NCBI GenBank assembly: GCA_905331295.1
Contig: CAJNYD010000201.1
Span: 62,001-121,387 of the forward strand
Direction: 5' to 3'
Source: Rotaria socialis
Taxonomy: Eukaryota
DNA length: 59,387 bases
Shown: piece after piece, positions 37,924 through 52,117 of the stretch
Numbering within the stretch: the stretch's first letter is position 1
How the letters are laid out: every line of letters starts with the position of its first letter
Notes under the pieces: model-generated
Databases searched by the model: none
What the model was told of the DNA's origin: nothing
Seen by the model: the letters and a program-made list of their open reading frames with translations, nothing else
Position numbers and translations under genes: made by a program

Positions 37924-40900
37924 ATGGATGTTTCACTTCAAAACCATCAGCCTGTCATTCGTCAACTACGTAAAATTGAATCGAATAGAGATGTAATAGC
38001 ATTGTTTAATGAAGTTATCTTAATTTTAAATAAAACAATACACAATCAAACTGATGGTTTTAAGATATTATCTACAATATGCTTTGAAATGGCAGGATTT
38101 ATTACACTTAAACCATTTAATAATCCGGAAATAATGAATCATGAATTTTTTATTATATTGAAACAAACGTTTCAAACATTATTAACTAAATTAACATTTA
38201 TTTCATTAGGAAAACAGGACGAACAATGTATTGATGGAATTAGTTTATTAATAGCCAATCTATGTTTATATAAAAACACAATATCAACATGTTTCTATAC
38301 TGATAATAACGAAGAACTAAATCCAATAAATGAAGAAAAATTTAGTTTTATATCATATGAAAAAATATTTTTCACAGACTCATTCCTTAAAAGATTTGTA
38401 AGAATTTTAGAAGATGATATAGCTGTACATAGTTATGACAAATATCATATTAAATATAAAATTGTTGATCGTTTACTTCGTCTTTGTATAAAGCTAAATG
38501 ATATTGACAAGAAAGTAATTATCGATTCTATTGTAAAATGTGTTGAATCAAAAACTTACATGAATTTATACCAAACCGTTGATCTTGGTCAACCAATATT
38601 AAGTCCGAAGGAATCATTCTTTTTGTTTCAATGCCCAAAATTTATTCGACTATGTAGTTTCGAACGACAAGATGAAATATCTAACAAATTATCAAAATCA
38701 ATAATAAAATATCATGGGAATATTTTTGAAAAAAATCTGTCAAATATTTTAATAGGCGAATTCGTCTTAAATTCAGCGATAGCTTCTTATGTCGAATTAT
38801 TAAATCATATTGCTTTAACATCAACAACAAGAGAGTTATTTATCAAAAGTAAGTTCAAATATATTTTCATAATGGATTCGTAGAAAAAGTATCACAGCAT
38901 AGCCTTTTCAACGTTCAGTGAACTTTTCAAATTTTTCAATGTATCATTACTTGTATACAAAATATTAGCGTTGAATCAGACGAAAATCATCGTTTAGAAA
39001 AATGAACAATATCTATTGCTACACAAGTTCTTTGAAATAATTTTAAAAGACTAACTATTTGTAGACTCATTAATTTCCAATTGTTGGTACGTGTTCTTAT
39101 TTTTATTAGACTTAGAGTATCAATAATCAAAGTGTTCTGTAGAAATTTTTGCCTATTACACATAGTTTCGAATAAGATAAACATACAGAAGATATTTTTT
39201 CTATTAACTTTCATAAAATAACCTACAATTTTTAAGACAATTAAGCATTTATTCAAGAGACGATCTTGAGTACTGCATGATATATAGACTTGCAGAAGAT
39301 CAGAATTCACTCACTACATAAGTTTCTTTTTAAAATGTTCCCATGTCTAATATACAAATATTTGTTCAGTTTCTTCTTAACATCTATTCGAATTTTGAAC
39401 ACTATTTTGCTTGTCATGAAATAAATCTATAATCATTATTCAGGTATATTCTTATCTGCATTATATAGTATTCTATTTATTTTTTTAGAATTTGATACAG
39501 ATAAAACTGTGGTAGATCAAATGATTGAAATATTAAAAGGATTATCATCAATAGAAAGTATTTATAGAAACACTAAATTATTCCATGCCGATGTTGCTCT
39601 TATGTCATATTCAATAGCTCTTTTGTATAACTTGACATTTGAGAGAAAAATTTTTTATGAACTAAGAACTCGAAATGTAAAAGATATTTGTAAAGAATTA
39701 TACAAAGCAAAAGATAAAACAATACAATTCGCATCTCGAACATTAGCTGTAATTTTAAACCAAGAAGATATTGATTCAATCGATAGTCCCTCAAAAGTAG
39801 CTAATTCTTATTTATATTTTATTGAAAATACAATTGACAATTCAACAGTTACCCATCATGGAATTAAATTAGATGGTGTCCTAATCAATCTTGAAGGTAT
39901 AATTTTCTTATTTTCAAAAATCTTTTCCTTTGCTGTTATTATTAAAATGAGCTTATGAAAACCGTGAAATATAAAATACTATATAACGATAATATTATTG
40001 TTATTTCTTTCGGGTAATGGTCATATATTGATATCATAAAAAAACAATCAAATAGACTTATTTAAACGACATTTTGTTAAAAAATAATATAAAAGCAAAT
40101 AAGCACAAGGCTACTTCCGTGAATAAAAAATAAGCTGAGTGGTAAATACTTCCTAAAAATAAAGAAATAAAATATTAGTAATTACTATGTATAGTATCTA
40201 GGGGCGAAAGAATCTTCCCTTAAAATATATTACCTTTGAGACATAATATTTCTTTAGATAGACCGATTAGAGACATTAGAAAAAAAACTTCAAAGAATTT
40301 ATATCCAAACACAACTTACTTCTTGGTGTATGGCCATTGTAGTAAATTATTCAATTAAATATCATAATCTTAGTTAAAATACGCAACTACTCTATCTGAA
40401 TCTATCAGACCTTCTGTCGAAATATAAGTAGAAGAGAAAATGACAATTAGAACATTTTGACTACGAACCAACATATCTTTAAAGCCTCGAAGCGAAAGAG
40501 AGAGAGAGAAAGAGAGAAAGAGAGATCTTCTCGATCTATTTTTGCATGCATAATCGAACTCTCAATTAGGTACAGCACAGATCAATAAAAAATACGTTGT
40601 CTCATGGAGAAACTCTTCCCCTACATTTCTACATATATCTCATTCAGAAATCAAACTCAGAAATTCAATAGTTTCCGACTGATTTACTCTCATTCCGTAC
40701 TAGATTCGTAAATTTTTTTAATTCAAAAATTGGTTTCAGCCAGATTCTCACATGTTGCGAAGAATTTGATTAGAATCGGTATAATTCTAAAAAGAAAACA
40801 TATCAAGATTAGTCTATTCAGGATTTTTCGGTTTTCAGTAAGTTCCAGTTAGAGATGTAAAATTTATTTCAAAAGAAATTGATCATTTGATGAAGATCTC

Positions 40901-41838
40901 TCATTGTGAAAATTTAACAATTATGGTGAAGTCGATTCCACCTTAACAAATTTTTGATATGAATTATAGCTAAGAATTTGAACACGTAATATTTTAATTC
41001 AATTTTAGTCATTATTCAAAGCGATGTGATCAAAGATGAAATTATTAATCATGACAATGGTATATTACTATTAGCACGATGTGCATATGAACCAAATCTA
41101 GATAATGAAACAATTCAACATCCAGCTCTTCGAATTATTGATGCAGTTTCATTCGGAAAAGATTCAGTTGTGAAACAGATAAAAGAAAACGATGCTCTCA
41201 TGAATCATATTAGAGAGTTATGTGATACAAATGATAAATATCAAGTAGTCACAGCTAAACGTATTCTATGGAAAGTAGATGAAGAATTAAAATTTGTGTC
41301 AACACAAGAACAACAAAAACAAAACGAAATAAAATTAATAAACGTTTTCGATGAAAAAAAAGCTATTTATCAGTATATACGAGGTGATCATTATTTTAGT
41401 TTAGAAGAGCATAAGAATTCAGGAAAATTTAACCTGATGATTAGTTATTGCCAAGAAGATAAAGATATTTGTCTTAAAATTTATAATCGTTTAACAACAT
41501 CAGATTGTTATAAAGTTGCATTCGATAAAGATAATTTACACACTGCAAATCCAAAAGCCATGGCAAAAACAGTTGAAAATTCATCGATTATTCTTATTTG
41601 TTTTTCAACAAAGTATCAAAATTCATATGCAAGTCGATTAGAAGCTGAATATACTATGAAACGAAATCGGCCTATTATTCCAATAAAAATCGATCATCAA
41701 TACAATTCAAGAGGCTGGTTAAAAGAAATTATTGACAAAGAAAAATATATTGACTTTACAAAATATGAGTTCAATACTTCATTTACGCAATTAATTGATC
41801 AAATCAATGAGCTACGTGAAAATCTTCGTAAATTATAG
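37924..41838 (+). CDS. Helical-repeat (ARM-like) + C-terminal TIR_2 protein; exons 37924-38848, 39489-39896, 41009-41838
   Basis: ARM-like segments (YSIALLYNLTF..KTIQFASRTLAVIL; GILLLARCA..ALRIIDAVSF..TAKRILW). TIR: FNLMISYCQEDKDICLKIYNRL..VAFDK..MAKTVENSSIILICFSTKYQNSYASRLEAEY..IIPIKI..GWL. Two phase-1 GT-AG introns join the three ORFs. Confidence 0.88.
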
Positions 41839-42988
41839 CAGTTGCAATTTATAAGAATACTTGTTTTTTACTTTTATATTCATTTTTTGTTTTAAATATC
41901 ATGTTTTTACGATGATTTGATGATTCAGTCCTACTTCATAGATCAATAAAATAAAAATATGACTTTTATAGAAAATTATATTTTTTTGCAAATGCATCAA
42001 TTAAAAGAAGTTCAAATATAATTATATTGAAAACAAAAGGACATTGATTTTCTCATCATTTTCATCAATTAAAATGTGTTTCTGTAATTTCAATCGCTAT
42101 TTTAACCGTAGAATAGGTAAACCAAGTATAATACGATGTTGTCTAAAATATAAGTATATTATGTAAGATACTTCTAAACTAATAGTGTAAATATTCTCTG
42201 TATATAATTTGAATTTTATTTGCCGATTGAACGTTTGTTGTGCAAAGTTTTAATGTTAAGTTAGCTTCTATGATGTCTTAACGTAAATGAAAAATATAAA
42301 TACATCAGCAGTATTTTTATCATACAGATGAATATAACAATTGATATAACTCATAGTTTTTATTTTCAAGTTTATAGGGTTTATTTTATCTTGATTCTTA
42401 TTATTCAAAAGAGATATGAATGTTCTCTAAAATTGTAGTGAATACTGAGTGATGAGCTGATTTTATTTTCATTGTCTCTTCGGACAAAACCAATTTATTC
42501 TATTTTTTTAGAACGTTTCTAATATAAAACCCGTAAAATGTGAATAAAAGTATATGAAAAAGTACCGAGTAATATCAATGAATATTTAAGTCTTAACAAA
42601 AATATGAACAGAACGAAGATGAAATAGTAAGAAAAAAGTCGAAGTAAGATCATGTTAAACTGGTAGTAACATATCGATCAATAGTGTGTTAGTTGGTAAC
42701 ATATATCAGTTAAAATAATTTGAAAATAATTTCTGAAGTATATGTTTACCTGTCTCTCAGCGACATCTTTTTATTGCTTTGATGTAATATGCGCGACGTA
42801 ACTGACTTGTATGTATGTGGCTAGAACTAAAACTATTGATTAAGCTGTGTGAAACAAAATCATCATTTTGACTTCTAGAATAAGTGTTACAAATTTTACT
42901 ACTGTCGATGAGCATAATAACGTGTGAAAAAATTCTGACAACAACTAGCATTCCTATTGAAGATTCTCCGAAACAGAAACAGACTCAA

Positions 42989-43704
42989 ATGATCGACCAT
43001 AGTTTCTTCCCGGATAATTCAAACGATCGAATTGATTCGGCTCGTGTTCGATATCCTCATTGTATTGTTTGGACGCCAATACCAGTTCTTACTTGGATTT
43101 TCCCATTTGTTGGTCATATGGGTATTGCTCGTACAGATGGCGTCATTCGAGATTTCGCTGGACCTTATTATGTATCAGTGAGTAGCAGTAAAACTTTATT
43201 TGTTGATATTGACATAATGATTTGAATACACAGGAAGATAATATGGCTTTTGGTCTACCAACACGGTATATTCAACTTGATCTAAATCGTGTTTCAAAAA
43301 CAGAAAATTCAAGTAATATACCTACTCTTTGGGATAACGCTGTTGAACAGGCATCAGATGAATATAAAAAGCGTATGGTAATTTCTATCAAATTCTTCTA
43401 CTTTTTTCGGCTATTTTTAATATTTAGCACAATCTATGTTGTGATAATTGCCATTCACATGTAGCTATGGCATTGAATATAATGGGTTATGATCGAAAAT
43501 ATACATATAATATGGTTTCACTTGCAATTTGGATGTTTTTCTGTGGAAAATTTGTTAGGTATACCAAGTATTAAAAGAACGTATTTCTTTTTCATGTATG
43601 TTTGTATTTTTAGTTTTCTTGATTTTCTTCGTTCTTGGATACCATTTCTTATTATCGCGTGTATAATTATTACTATCATTGTTGTTGTAAAATTTCACAC
43701 ATAA
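42989..43704 (+). CDS. TMEM222: Transmembrane protein 222 (RTE1-like); exons about 42989-43177, 43234-43377, 43428-43558, 43614-43704; start codon uncertain
   Basis: RYPHCIVWTPIPVLTWIFPFVGHMGI..GVIRDFAGPYYVSEDNMAFGLPTRY..WDNAV..YKKRMHNLCCDNCHSHVAMALN, followed by a C-terminal TM segment. Confidence 0.93.
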
Positions 43705-46361
43705 TTTTAAATCAGACAAAATAATTAATTTATGTTTATATTTTTATTTTACAGTTTGAATTTTATGAATATATGTAAAAAAATTAAAAAAACGAACAAA
43801 ATAATTCATCATAGTAGTCGATTCCCTTGTCTTGCAAAAAAACCTCTATGAATACCTTCGAATCTATTCATTAGTCACATTGATGGAATGTTCATCTAAT
43901 CGTAAATAATATAATGAGAATGTTACTATAGATTATTATGGAGAATATTTAAAAATATACTTGTGTTCAAGAAGTTTAAAGTAATGAATTTAAAATTTGC
44001 AGTGATTCAGTACAAAATAAAACGATGAAATTACAGTGTAAATTTGATAGGATATAACTTACGGTTATTCTGAAGCATCAAAATCGATCCTCTTCTGATT
44101 CGTTGGTTTTATCATTTTACTTGATAAATTGATGATAGCTTTTTAATTTTCAATAACTTAAAGGATTCTCAAGAAAGAAAAAAAATATAGAGTGACGATG
44201 AAAACTATTTGTGAACTGCATAACACGCATTTATTAGAATCAAAATTTACTCTTGTTCTCGTTGGTGACTCTTACTTTTTGTTTCTTTTCAGGATTTCAA
44301 CAGAACTTAATATTGTTTTTATGCATTCGAGTCAGCAAAATCTCCTTCTTAAGTCAATGTTACTTTTTGAAAATCATTTCGAAATTCTTGCTTTGTTAAT
44401 GTTTTCTTTTTTTTATATGAATAATTTCAATACCAAATAAAATTTTTGTAAGATATCTTACATATCTACATGAATATAAAATGCGATATTAAAAATATTT
44501 ACGCTTATATGCAGTTACACATTATATATTTCAAGATTTAGGCTTCATCATAAAACCCAATGAATCAAATTGAGTACATCTCATTGTGCACAGAACTCTA
44601 TTTAACGAATAGTTTCAGATTCTAATACAAATTTGAACTATGAAAAGCAATAAAAATGAACAGTAATATCCTCACTTGTAATCAAAATAATTTCCGGACT
44701 AATATTTATTGTTCATCTAATTTTTACAATTGTTAAAAACATCAACTTCTACTAGTAAATTTAGGAAAAAGTTTCACTCTTCCTCCGGGAAATTTCGGTT
44801 GAGTTCTAGCAAAATTGTAAAACATCAGAACACAAATATTTTCTCCTTCTCATGGTTGAAACATTTTATACATATATATATATGATGCAAGATAAATTGA
44901 GTTTGTTAAATTTATGTACTCATTCATAATCCATGATACAAATCAAACAGTTTTTTCTCTTGAACTCATATTTTTTGTTTCTTTCGAATGCATTTTTCTT
45001 ATTGAAATTTCTAGCACTTATTAAAATATTTATTTCAGTTCCTAGTTTCAATGCAGAAAAGATCGAATTGACAAGGAATACATTTCAGAAGAATATCTTG
45101 ACAAATAAAAGTGCACAAATACGGATTGAATTAGCAGCATTTTTATATAAATTTATTCCATCAATGAAAGTATATCAGTATATCAGTAAATCGTAATTTT
45201 TATTCAATTCATTCAGTTTATTATTAAAAAGCATTTAGCCATGATGAATAAATGGATTTCTTTCTTCTTGCTTAATAATATAAAAGATGTGAGTTGTTAT
45301 CATTATCATCAATTCACCTTATTTTCATGTCAATGGTGAATTTTAAAAAAGATGAGACAAATATTTTTAGATTTTTCTTGAAAAATTTCTAGCTAGTCGT
45401 TAATTCTTTCGATAAATGTGAAAGTGTGTGTAAATAAACAAAATGAATTTTCATCTACTAATCCACATCAAAAGGTCGCCGAAAATCCAACTCTTTCATA
45501 TTAAGAATCTATCACAATTAGAATAGATTATCTCAAGTAGGAAAAAAATGAATTTTCCCTTTTATTTTTTCAAATGCGAAACAAAGGAAGTCAGTGAATG
45601 TGTTCAAATTTCGATGTGAAAAATTGAATTGTTACATTGAGTTGATGTTGTATATGAGCAAGATAGTCAACTAGCTGTGAAATGAAAGATGAAGTACAAC
45701 ACGTGCTGTGGAGAAAGAGAAAGATAAAAGTTCTTTTATATGTGCACACATTTACATCGTCGATAGAAGATTAGACCAACACCACATACGAATTGTTCGA
45801 CAGGCGAAAAAGACGATGTAAGATGAAAGTTTATTGTTAGCTTTTTTTTTGAGTAAAATTTATTTTTCTCTAATATGAAGATAAATGAGATTAGTATTGA
45901 GCAGGTGTTTTTTTACATTGAACACACGTTCTTGTTTTGTTTTTCTAATACGTAAATGAATGAACAGAATGAAAAATGAGTTTTAATTTGTTTTTTTCTT
46001 ATCATAGAAATTGAAGATCGGTCAAATAAAAGCGAAGAGAATTGCTTTCGGAATATTCATTTATTCTTTTTTTGTTTGCTCTATGTCATCATGTGTATAT
46101 ATATACATTTCAAGTTAGTTTTTATCGTTGTTTAAAAGAAGAGAGACTACCTTATCTCTATCTCTCTCAATGTTGGCAAACGATGAAAAAAAAACTACAA
46201 GAGAAAGAATATAAGAGCACCTTTCCTTTTGTTTTACTGCCTTCTTTTGATTAATAAATAATCCTTCTTTCTTTTTTCTCAACACAGAATCGAAAAAAGG
46301 CAAGAACATATGGCTTGTATTTTTGTAAATTACAACATGATTTAGATGTTTTAGTTAATCA

Positions 46362-49300
46362 ATGGATCTTGAATCTTCGCCATCAAATACTGATGAACAA
46401 TCAACTAATAACAATACTTCAAATAGCATAAATGAAGAGTCATCAAGTTCTAATCTTTCACCATCAAATATAATAGGTACGCATCCAAATGAAATAATAA
46501 CAAGTATAAATCCTGATAATGGTTATCCTGTTCGACAAGAAAACGGCCAACGAAAAACGGGTCCACCACCTGATTGGCCAACAACTCGTCAACCACCAGG
46601 TCGTGGTTGTGAAGTATTTGTAGGCAAATTACCACGTGATTGTTTTGAATCGGAATTATTTCCATTGTTTGAACGATGTGGACAAATCTATGAAATGCGT
46701 TTAATGATGGACTTTTCAGGTTGTAATCGTGGTTATGCTTTTGTAACATATACAAATCGTGATGATGCCAAACGTTGTGTAAAAGAATTAAATAATTATG
46801 AAATGCGTTCAAATCATTTAATTGGCGTATGTCAATCTGTTGATAACTGTCGTTTATTTGTCGGCGGAATACCTAAAACAAAAAAACGTGAGGAAATACT
46901 TGAAGAAATGTGTAAAGTAACAGAAGGTGTTGTTGATGTTATTGTTTATCCAAGTGCAAATGATAAAACAAAAAATCGTGGCTTTGCTTTTGTTGAATAC
47001 GAAAGTCATCGATCAGCAGCTATGGCCAGAAGAAAATTATTACCAGGAAATATTCAATTATGGGGACAACAAATTGCTGTCGATTGGGCAGAACCAGAAA
47101 ATCAAGTTGACGAAGATATTATGGCAAATGTAATACTGAACATATTTATTAATTATTTACTTTTTTATGTTCATTTAAATTTAGGTTCGAGTTCTTTATG
47201 TACGAAACTTAATGATGGGTACAACGGAAGAACAAATAAAAGAAGTTTTTGAACGATTTAAACCAAATTCAATTGAACGTGTCAAGAAATTAAAAGATTA
47301 TGCATTTGTTCATTTTAAACAACGTGATGATGCTTTACACGCTATGAATCTTATGAATGGTATTAGTAGTTCTATTTTAAAATCTTTTTGAAACCGATTT
47401 TTATTTTAGGTTGTGAACTAGATGGATCAATTGTGGAAGTTACGTTAGCAAAACCAGTTGATAAAAATCAATATTTTAGATTTACACGTGGTGTAAGCCC
47501 ATCAGCATTAACTGCAAATTTGCCAGTAAATCTTTATTATGTTTCTTGTTTTCTGAAATTGTATCATTTCTTGATGTAGTTTGCTTTTCAAGCAGGTAGT
47601 CTAGGTCCAACCACTACATTTGATTTGTCAGCTATACCATATTTAGCTATTCCCACTACAAACACAACAACAATGCAAATGACAAATGGCACAACAGTCA
47701 TTCCGGTAGCCGTAAATCCTTTACAACAAAAGTAAGACTTTAATTAGTTAACGAAATAAAATTAAAATACAAGTCTCGAATTTTAGTAAAGCTATGTTGA
47801 GTGACTTTTGATTGGTTCTGTTTTAGAATATTAGAGTATTGGATCGAGACAACTCCAGAATATTGTATAGATCCTTCGATAATCTACAGATTCGAAAAAA
47901 TTACACTGTTTAAAATGATTCCACAGCTAATTTATATTACTTAGCGTAAAGTAAATAAAGGAAAAAAACTATTTGTTGATTGATTTATAGATGAAACAGT
48001 GACGATAATCATAGATTCAATCGTTGACTAATTCACGCGCCTGTATTTGCACAAATATAATACTGGATAAACTGTTATGCAGATGATAAAACTATGACGA
48101 TCTTCAGGTTTTTTTTGCTGGTAGAAAAGCCGATTTTTTATGTAAATTTCTCAACGTTTATAAAAAAAATGACTAAACTATGAGAGATAAGTTGTTGTCA
48201 AATAAGAAAATCGATTTTAAGAATTTCAATAAATTTTCTATAGACCTCGATTTCCTGAAGTCTGAAAATTCGTAAGTTATTTTCATAGAATTTAGTCATT
48301 TCGTTGAAAAAGCTACTTCAAGTGAAGAATTTGAAAACAATCCAAAAAATCATTTGTTTCATTGTATGTTCAACTTTTTTACCGTTAGTCTATACATCAA
48401 TGCTTAGGCTAATTTAAAGTTGTGCATAATATTGGTGCAGTACTGAAGCAGAGCAGCTTAGCTACGGTAAACTGCTGTCACAGATATTCAAACCCATCAA
48501 TTCATAATGCGCATCGGTTACTTGATTCAAAGATTCATTGATATATTATTGAGGAACTTGATGCTTATATTTATACAAATATTATATATATATATGAAGT
48601 AGTATAAAAATAGTTCTTGATTATAGATGTGAAAGGGACGATTTCTATTAGTACTTTGATTACTCTTAAATGATTTTCAGGGAGTGAAAAACAAAGATTT
48701 CTGTCATTATTTATTTAATGTAAACTGATTCGATACCAAGGTTTCCAGATTTAAAAGAACTTTACCAGGACGTACAGATATCCCACAACTATTTCAAAAC
48801 TGTTTTTCAATAGTCTTCTATCAATCACAAGAAGAAACATCGAATTTCACATGACCTTCCCCTGAAAAAAAAAGAAATAAAGACTGTACGTCCAAAACAT
48901 GAAAGAAACTATTTCAATCAAAAAATAACCTCACCTGGCTAGGTAGACGTCTAGTCATAATTCATAGTCCAAAATGAATAATTGTTCGAAAATTCAGTAG
49001 CAAAAAAAGAAATCAAGTAAAAGGATCAATGTTAGCTGTGATATATCATGCAGTACATATGCATCATATAGATCCATTCTATGTCTGTATAGCTAATGAA
49101 ATTTCACTAAATCAGTTTCATCATTAGCGCGTATTTTAACTATTTGTATAATTTATTTAATACCAACTCGCCCTTACGAATATCATAAGATTAGAAATTA
49201 AACTTGATGTCTCTATATAAACTAATCTCTTGCAAGCTAATTTCATCAAACAAATCTAGCTAATTAGATAAGATTCATGATTATAAACGATTAATAAAAA

Positions 49301-50449
49301 AAAAGAAATTGATTTTCTGTCTGTACTTAACGTTAAATAAGATTATCTAATAGGAATGTACGTCGATGTGTCAATGCCACCGGTCGTCTATCTACAAATG
49401 GAAACACCAGTCCACCATTATTAAGTCGAACTACTCCAACTGGTGTTCTTTCATCATCATCTCGTCCAAGTCAGCCGTCACCAAATATAGCTCATCACCG
49501 TGGTGCTTACTATACAATTCTTCGTCCAACATCACGTCGAACTGATGTAGGTTCTTTTGAATATAAGAAAAACAATAGCATATGCATGTTGTTTTGTTTT
49601 CTATTCTGTGTGATTTGAATGCTCCGCATGGCTTAATGGATTTTTTGTAATTTTCATCGTAGGAAAAGTGTCTCGAAGATCTCTACAAAGAGACTTACGA
49701 CGCGCTGTACAGCTCAGCTGCTAATACCACCGCTCCATCGATAATGATGATCGATCCGAATCAGCCTCAGTTTATTTTATCGGACCAGCAAACCCAGCAG
49801 CAGCAGTCAGAAGAGGTAATTATCTTACCAGGGTTTTGTTTTCTTCAATCGACGAATGCATAAAATTGTTTTCAGTATTTTACAGCTGCTTGAGGAGTAA
49901 GGAATGATTTTTATTATTCTAAATATTCTACTATTTTGTTGTCAGATTATACGAAAAATTTTCTCTATTGTTTTTTAATAATTGTTATGCATGTTAATCG
50001 AATCTTTTTTGCTCCAAGTCGAGTACAGCTGCATATATCCTATTTCACGATTCACTAATAAACTTTCAAATTAAAATTTGGGCTTTTTCTTTCTTTTTTT
50101 CTAACAAATATAGATTTCATTCACTCCAACAGCATTTGGTTTTCCGCCTGGAACTCCTCTCTTTCAACCAACTGCAATATATCCTCATCCACTTCTTACG
50201 GGACATCCAAATAGTGCTCAACCATTTCCTCAGCAATCATTTGTTTTTGCAACGACAGGCAACAATGGGCAAACTCAACAATTTTTTCATGCTCATCCTC
50301 AAGCTAATTTTTCTTTTCCATTTATTTTCACACCACCATTAGTAACACCGCAAACGCCAACATCAACTAATCCTGAAACATCAATTTATAGTTATGCAAC
50401 ACCAACATCATCAATTACAAATGCGGATAGTAGCACGTTTTCGGCCTAA
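46362..50449 (+). CDS. A1CF/RBM47: Three-RRM RNA-binding protein of the A1CF/RBM47/RBM46 (hnRNP R/Q-related) family; exons 46362-47129, 47185-47359, 47410-47525, 47580-47731, 49354-49546, 49663-49815, 50114-50449
   Basis: [137 protein letters not shown]; then a P/Q/S/T-rich tail. The 3' exons are less certain than the RRM exons. Confidence 0.9.
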
Positions 50450-52117
50450 TCAAAAAATACCATTATATTTGCATTTTATTCATTTTCTTTTTTTTCTTTT
50501 GGTATTTAATGAGAGTGCTACTCTTCTCTTTAAATATTGTTTTTTTTATATTCAGCATATGTTGACCACGGGATATCTGTGAGCCGTGTGACTTCTTTTT
50601 CTTATACACGTGTGCAATTATGAATAGGAAAAATGTGTTCAACAAAACTCTTTTTGGTTTAAAAAAGAAATGTACAGCTGGAGATAATATTTTTCTAAAT
50701 CGACATGACTTCAAATGCAAATGATATCAATAGTGAATTTTATGTTAAATCAAAGCTTGTCACTAACCGTACTTGAACAGTATAGCAAGCCATCATATAT
50801 AGATTAATTATGAACTAGAAAATTATTATAATTTCAAAGATATCATCGAAGAATACGCATAGTCAAAAACGAGAAACTAAATAAATTGCCTAATGAATAA
50901 ATGATAATCCTAAAATTAAAATATTTGAAAATCCAGAAAAAGGCCGATTTACTAAGAATACAATTCATTTGCGTAGAATGTTGAATTTCATAGATTTTGC
51001 TTGAAACAAGAAATTATCGGAAACAGTATTCTATGAAAATCGTCGGTAATTTGAATTTTGTTTTTGAAACAATTAGATACTACTAATTCTAAAAACTTAT
51101 CGTAGAAGAAAATGCCGAAGAGATATTGGAAAAGATTAAAAGTTGTGTGATTTTTTCTCATTGCTTGAAACTGTTATATGCTGTTCTTGTATGACCGCAA
51201 CTGAAGTGCTTGTTTTACATCAATGATTATGTGCGATAGTTTAACTGTTTTAACTTGCCAGCATAGAATTCATAGTTTTCTGTTTGTCCATGAACAGAAT
51301 TTTAAATAACAAATACCTTTCAACGAAATATCTTAACTTGTATCTTTACAAAAGTACGTGTTATTGTTCATGGTGCTTATTTCCACAATCATCAATAGCG
51401 TTTAGAAGACTTCGAACAAAGAAGCGCATTATTGATCTAATATGTATCAGGAGGAAAGATATATAAATGTCACTGTAGATTTATCTTATTTGGCAATTCC
51501 AAGACGAAAAAAATAGCGGGAAAGAAGAAAATTGACATGGCACAGGTTGTATACCGGATCCACTCGACAAATGTCATGTGGAAAAAGATAGAAGAACGAT
51601 TCAAGCTAATCTAATGATTGCTATGATAATAGATAAAAATCAGTCAATTTATTGTTCATAAAAAAGAAGAATTATTAGTGTGAAGAAAAAAAAAACTTCT
51701 TCTTCTATCTTATTTTTGTCCTAATAGTAAATGCAGAAGGCAACAAGCCGTCGCCATTAATGTCGCACATTGGCAGTCACAATAACAACATGTATTGCCA
51801 TTCGCGAGCAGTAGTAATACCAAGGCTTTCTGCGTGTTAGTGCTCTGTTCCATTCTTATTTTGCTATTTTGTACATGTAGCTTGATATTGCTGTGCTTAC
51901 TTCCATGCGCATGAAAGCAAAAGAATAAGAAGATATTTTTCTCGTCTTTCCATAGAGTCAATAAGAAAGAATTGCCGTTGCTTTTTGGTCCGAATGCATC
52001 TTGTTTTTTTTGGCTCCTTTCCTAGCAATGAGAAAACGAGATAGGATATTCTAAGTAGAGACACATACAAACACAACAACAACTGATTAAATTCTCGTTG
52101 TTAGTTTGAAGTAAGAC

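Noticed and set aside
17271..41838. Prokaryotic defence operon (Thoeris-like) or bacterial contamination
   Set aside because: The genes are split by spliceosomal GT-AG introns and linked to animal genes. The Thoeris resemblance is only at the domain level.
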